A stretch of DNA of 64,000 nucleotides, taken from the IMG/VR virus record IMGVR_UViG_3300009159_000050, positions 25,967 through 89,966 of that record; one strand, given 5' to 3'. The stretch comes from a virus. Under the pieces are notes generated by a model. It saw only the letters and a program-made list of their open reading frames with translations, ran no database searches and had not been told where the DNA came from. Shown here piece after piece: positions 62,806-64,000 of this stretch. The translations under genes and the position numbers were made by a program. Numbering within the stretch: the stretch's first letter is position 1; every line of letters starts with the position of its first letter.

Positions 62806-63933
62806 TTAGGAGTTTGCTGCTGCATCTGCGTAAGCAACTGCATCAAGTTCTTCCCATTGGATACCAAAGCGTACGAATACTGTGTATTCAATTGTGTCCT
62901 TCTTTGGCTGGTATGTACGGTTTACAGTGATATCACGCTGGAATCCCCATACACGGTTAGCTGGGAATGTAAGATCTACATAGCCTGCTGGGTAGTAAGG
63001 TACTTCCATGACGTCAATTCCGAGAACACGTGTTGTACGTGCTCCACCGAATGTCTGTGCTGCGCCATCAAGGTAAGCCTGACGGTTTGCCTCTGTGCCT
63101 GGACCCTTGTTAACAAAGGCGTCAGCGATTGCATCTGCAAGTGTACCGTTATTCTTAACGATTCCCTGGAATGCATCTGTACCTGCGTAGAACTTAAGAT
63201 TATTCTTAACTGCACGGTACTTACGTGGCATTGCAAGAATGATATCCTGCATTACGTTTGTTGTCCAAGCATCGTCTACAACTGTTACTGCTGATTCATG
63301 AGCATCAGATGCGTCTCCTGCTAGTGAAACGAAGCCTTCCATAATGTTTAGGAATGCGTCTCCGCCTGCTCCTGTACCATTAATTGCAAGATCTTCAATA
63401 TCGTTAGCAAAAGCATTGGTCATCAAGCGAACTAGATGATCTTCCAATGCTGCTCCTTCAATATTGTCTTCAAGTGCTTCTGTTGAAACTTCCCAGTCAA
63501 GACGAATCTTCTTGGTTGTAAGTTCTACCTTAGAGAATGTTGCGCCTGCATTTGAAAATGTAGGCTGTGCCTGTGCTGCTGCACGGATGACACGCTCTCC
63601 AACGTTGACCTTCTCAAGCTCCATTGTGTTAGCTCTCATTGTGACTTTACGGCCATCCTTGGCTAGTACAGTTGCATCCCATACATAATCAATAAAGCGA
63701 CGAGCCTGTTCTGGTGCTAGAATACCACCTGGTGTACCAGATGGATTTACTGCATTTGCTCCAGTTGTAACTCCATAGTTTGCTGTGGCAATGTTACCAA
63801 GCGAATCTGCTGGAGAAAGATTTCCATTAGGTCCTTGTGCTGTTGCACCGCCGATGCCGCCTGAAACTGCAACGCCATCACCTGTTGGATGATTAAAAGA
63901 CTTTTGGATATCTGTGTTATTTTGTTCTGACAT
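62806..63933 (-). CDS. Major capsid protein (HK97 fold)
   Basis: GGILAPEQARRFID...VELTTKK..L..EVS.E.LEDNIEG...DIEDLAING; AGGAGG SD before MSEQ (ORF track starts at 63942). Confidence 0.92.
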   Translation of the reverse strand: MSEQNNTDIQKSFNHPTGDGVAVSGGIGGATAQGPNGNLSPADSLGNIATANYGVTTGANAVNPSGTPGGILAPEQARRFIDYVWDATVLAKDGRKVTMRANTMELEKVNVGERVIRAAAQAQPTFSNAGATFSKVELTTKKIRLDWEVSTEALEDNIEGAALEDHLVRLMTNAFANDIEDLAINGTGAGGDAFLNIMEGFVSLAGDASDAHESAVTVVDDAWTTNVMQDIILAMPRKYRAVKNNLKFYAGTDAFQGIVKNNGTLADAIADAFVNKGPGTEANRQAYLDGAAQTFGGARTTRVLGIDVMEVPYYPAGYVDLTFPANRVWGFQRDITVNRTYQPKKDTIEYTVFVRFGIQWEELDAVAYADAAANS

Positions 63934-63959
63934 ATTGTTCACCTCCTAGTGATTTTGTT

Positions 63960-64000
63960 TTAGTTAAATAGGTCGGAATTTTTGAGGAAACGTCCGCCCC
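63960..64000 (-). CDS. 3' end of the upstream gene, probably the scaffold/prohead protease
   Basis: Reads xGGRFLKNSDLFN-stop just upstream of the capsid gene; identity inferred from position. Confidence 0.5.
   Translation of the reverse strand, partial: GGRFLKNSDLFN

Noticed and set aside
1-64000. Stop-codon reassignment
   Set aside because: Genes are full length and tightly packed under the standard code, all three stops are used, and no suppressor tRNA is present
1-64000. Prophage boundary or host chromosome flank
   Set aside because: No integrase, att-like junction or housekeeping operon seen; host-like genes are interspersed with phage genes and use the same promoter style

Overview
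A 64 kb internal segment of a large, AT-rich, long-tailed (siphovirus-type) dsDNA phage. The host is very probably an actinobacterium: the window carries a WhiB-family regulator and several actinobacterial-type small proteins. A low-GC freshwater acI/Nanopelagicales-like host is an inference. Positions 1-6197 hold a + strand glycan-modification cluster, and everything else is on the - strand. In transcription order the - strand carries: the end of the scaffold/protease gene, major capsid, head-tail and tail tube genes, two tail chaperones, a 2904-aa tape measure protein, tail-tip and fibre genes, a replication/recombination block (DnaB, primase, SSB, DnaE, RecA, Cas4-like, RuvC-like), terminase, two secreted surface-type proteins, an HslV-like protease, two tRNAs, Hsp20, a CHAP endolysin and many accessory genes. 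Five observations stand out. (1) The tape measure protein looks like a polyprotein, with repeated [F/L]-[A/H]-x-G-G motifs bracketing a zincin and a GNAT cargo domain. (2) The usual G/GT tail-chaperone frameshift appears to be replaced by a gene duplication. (3) A tail protein has a nested out-and-back 20-Cys stalk-and-knob insert. (4) Two distant genes share a C-terminal peptide with the scaffold, a possible encapsidation signal. (5) There is a candidate stand-alone ncRNA and a ROSE-like thermometer at hsp20. All calls come from reading motifs by eye; no database searches were run.
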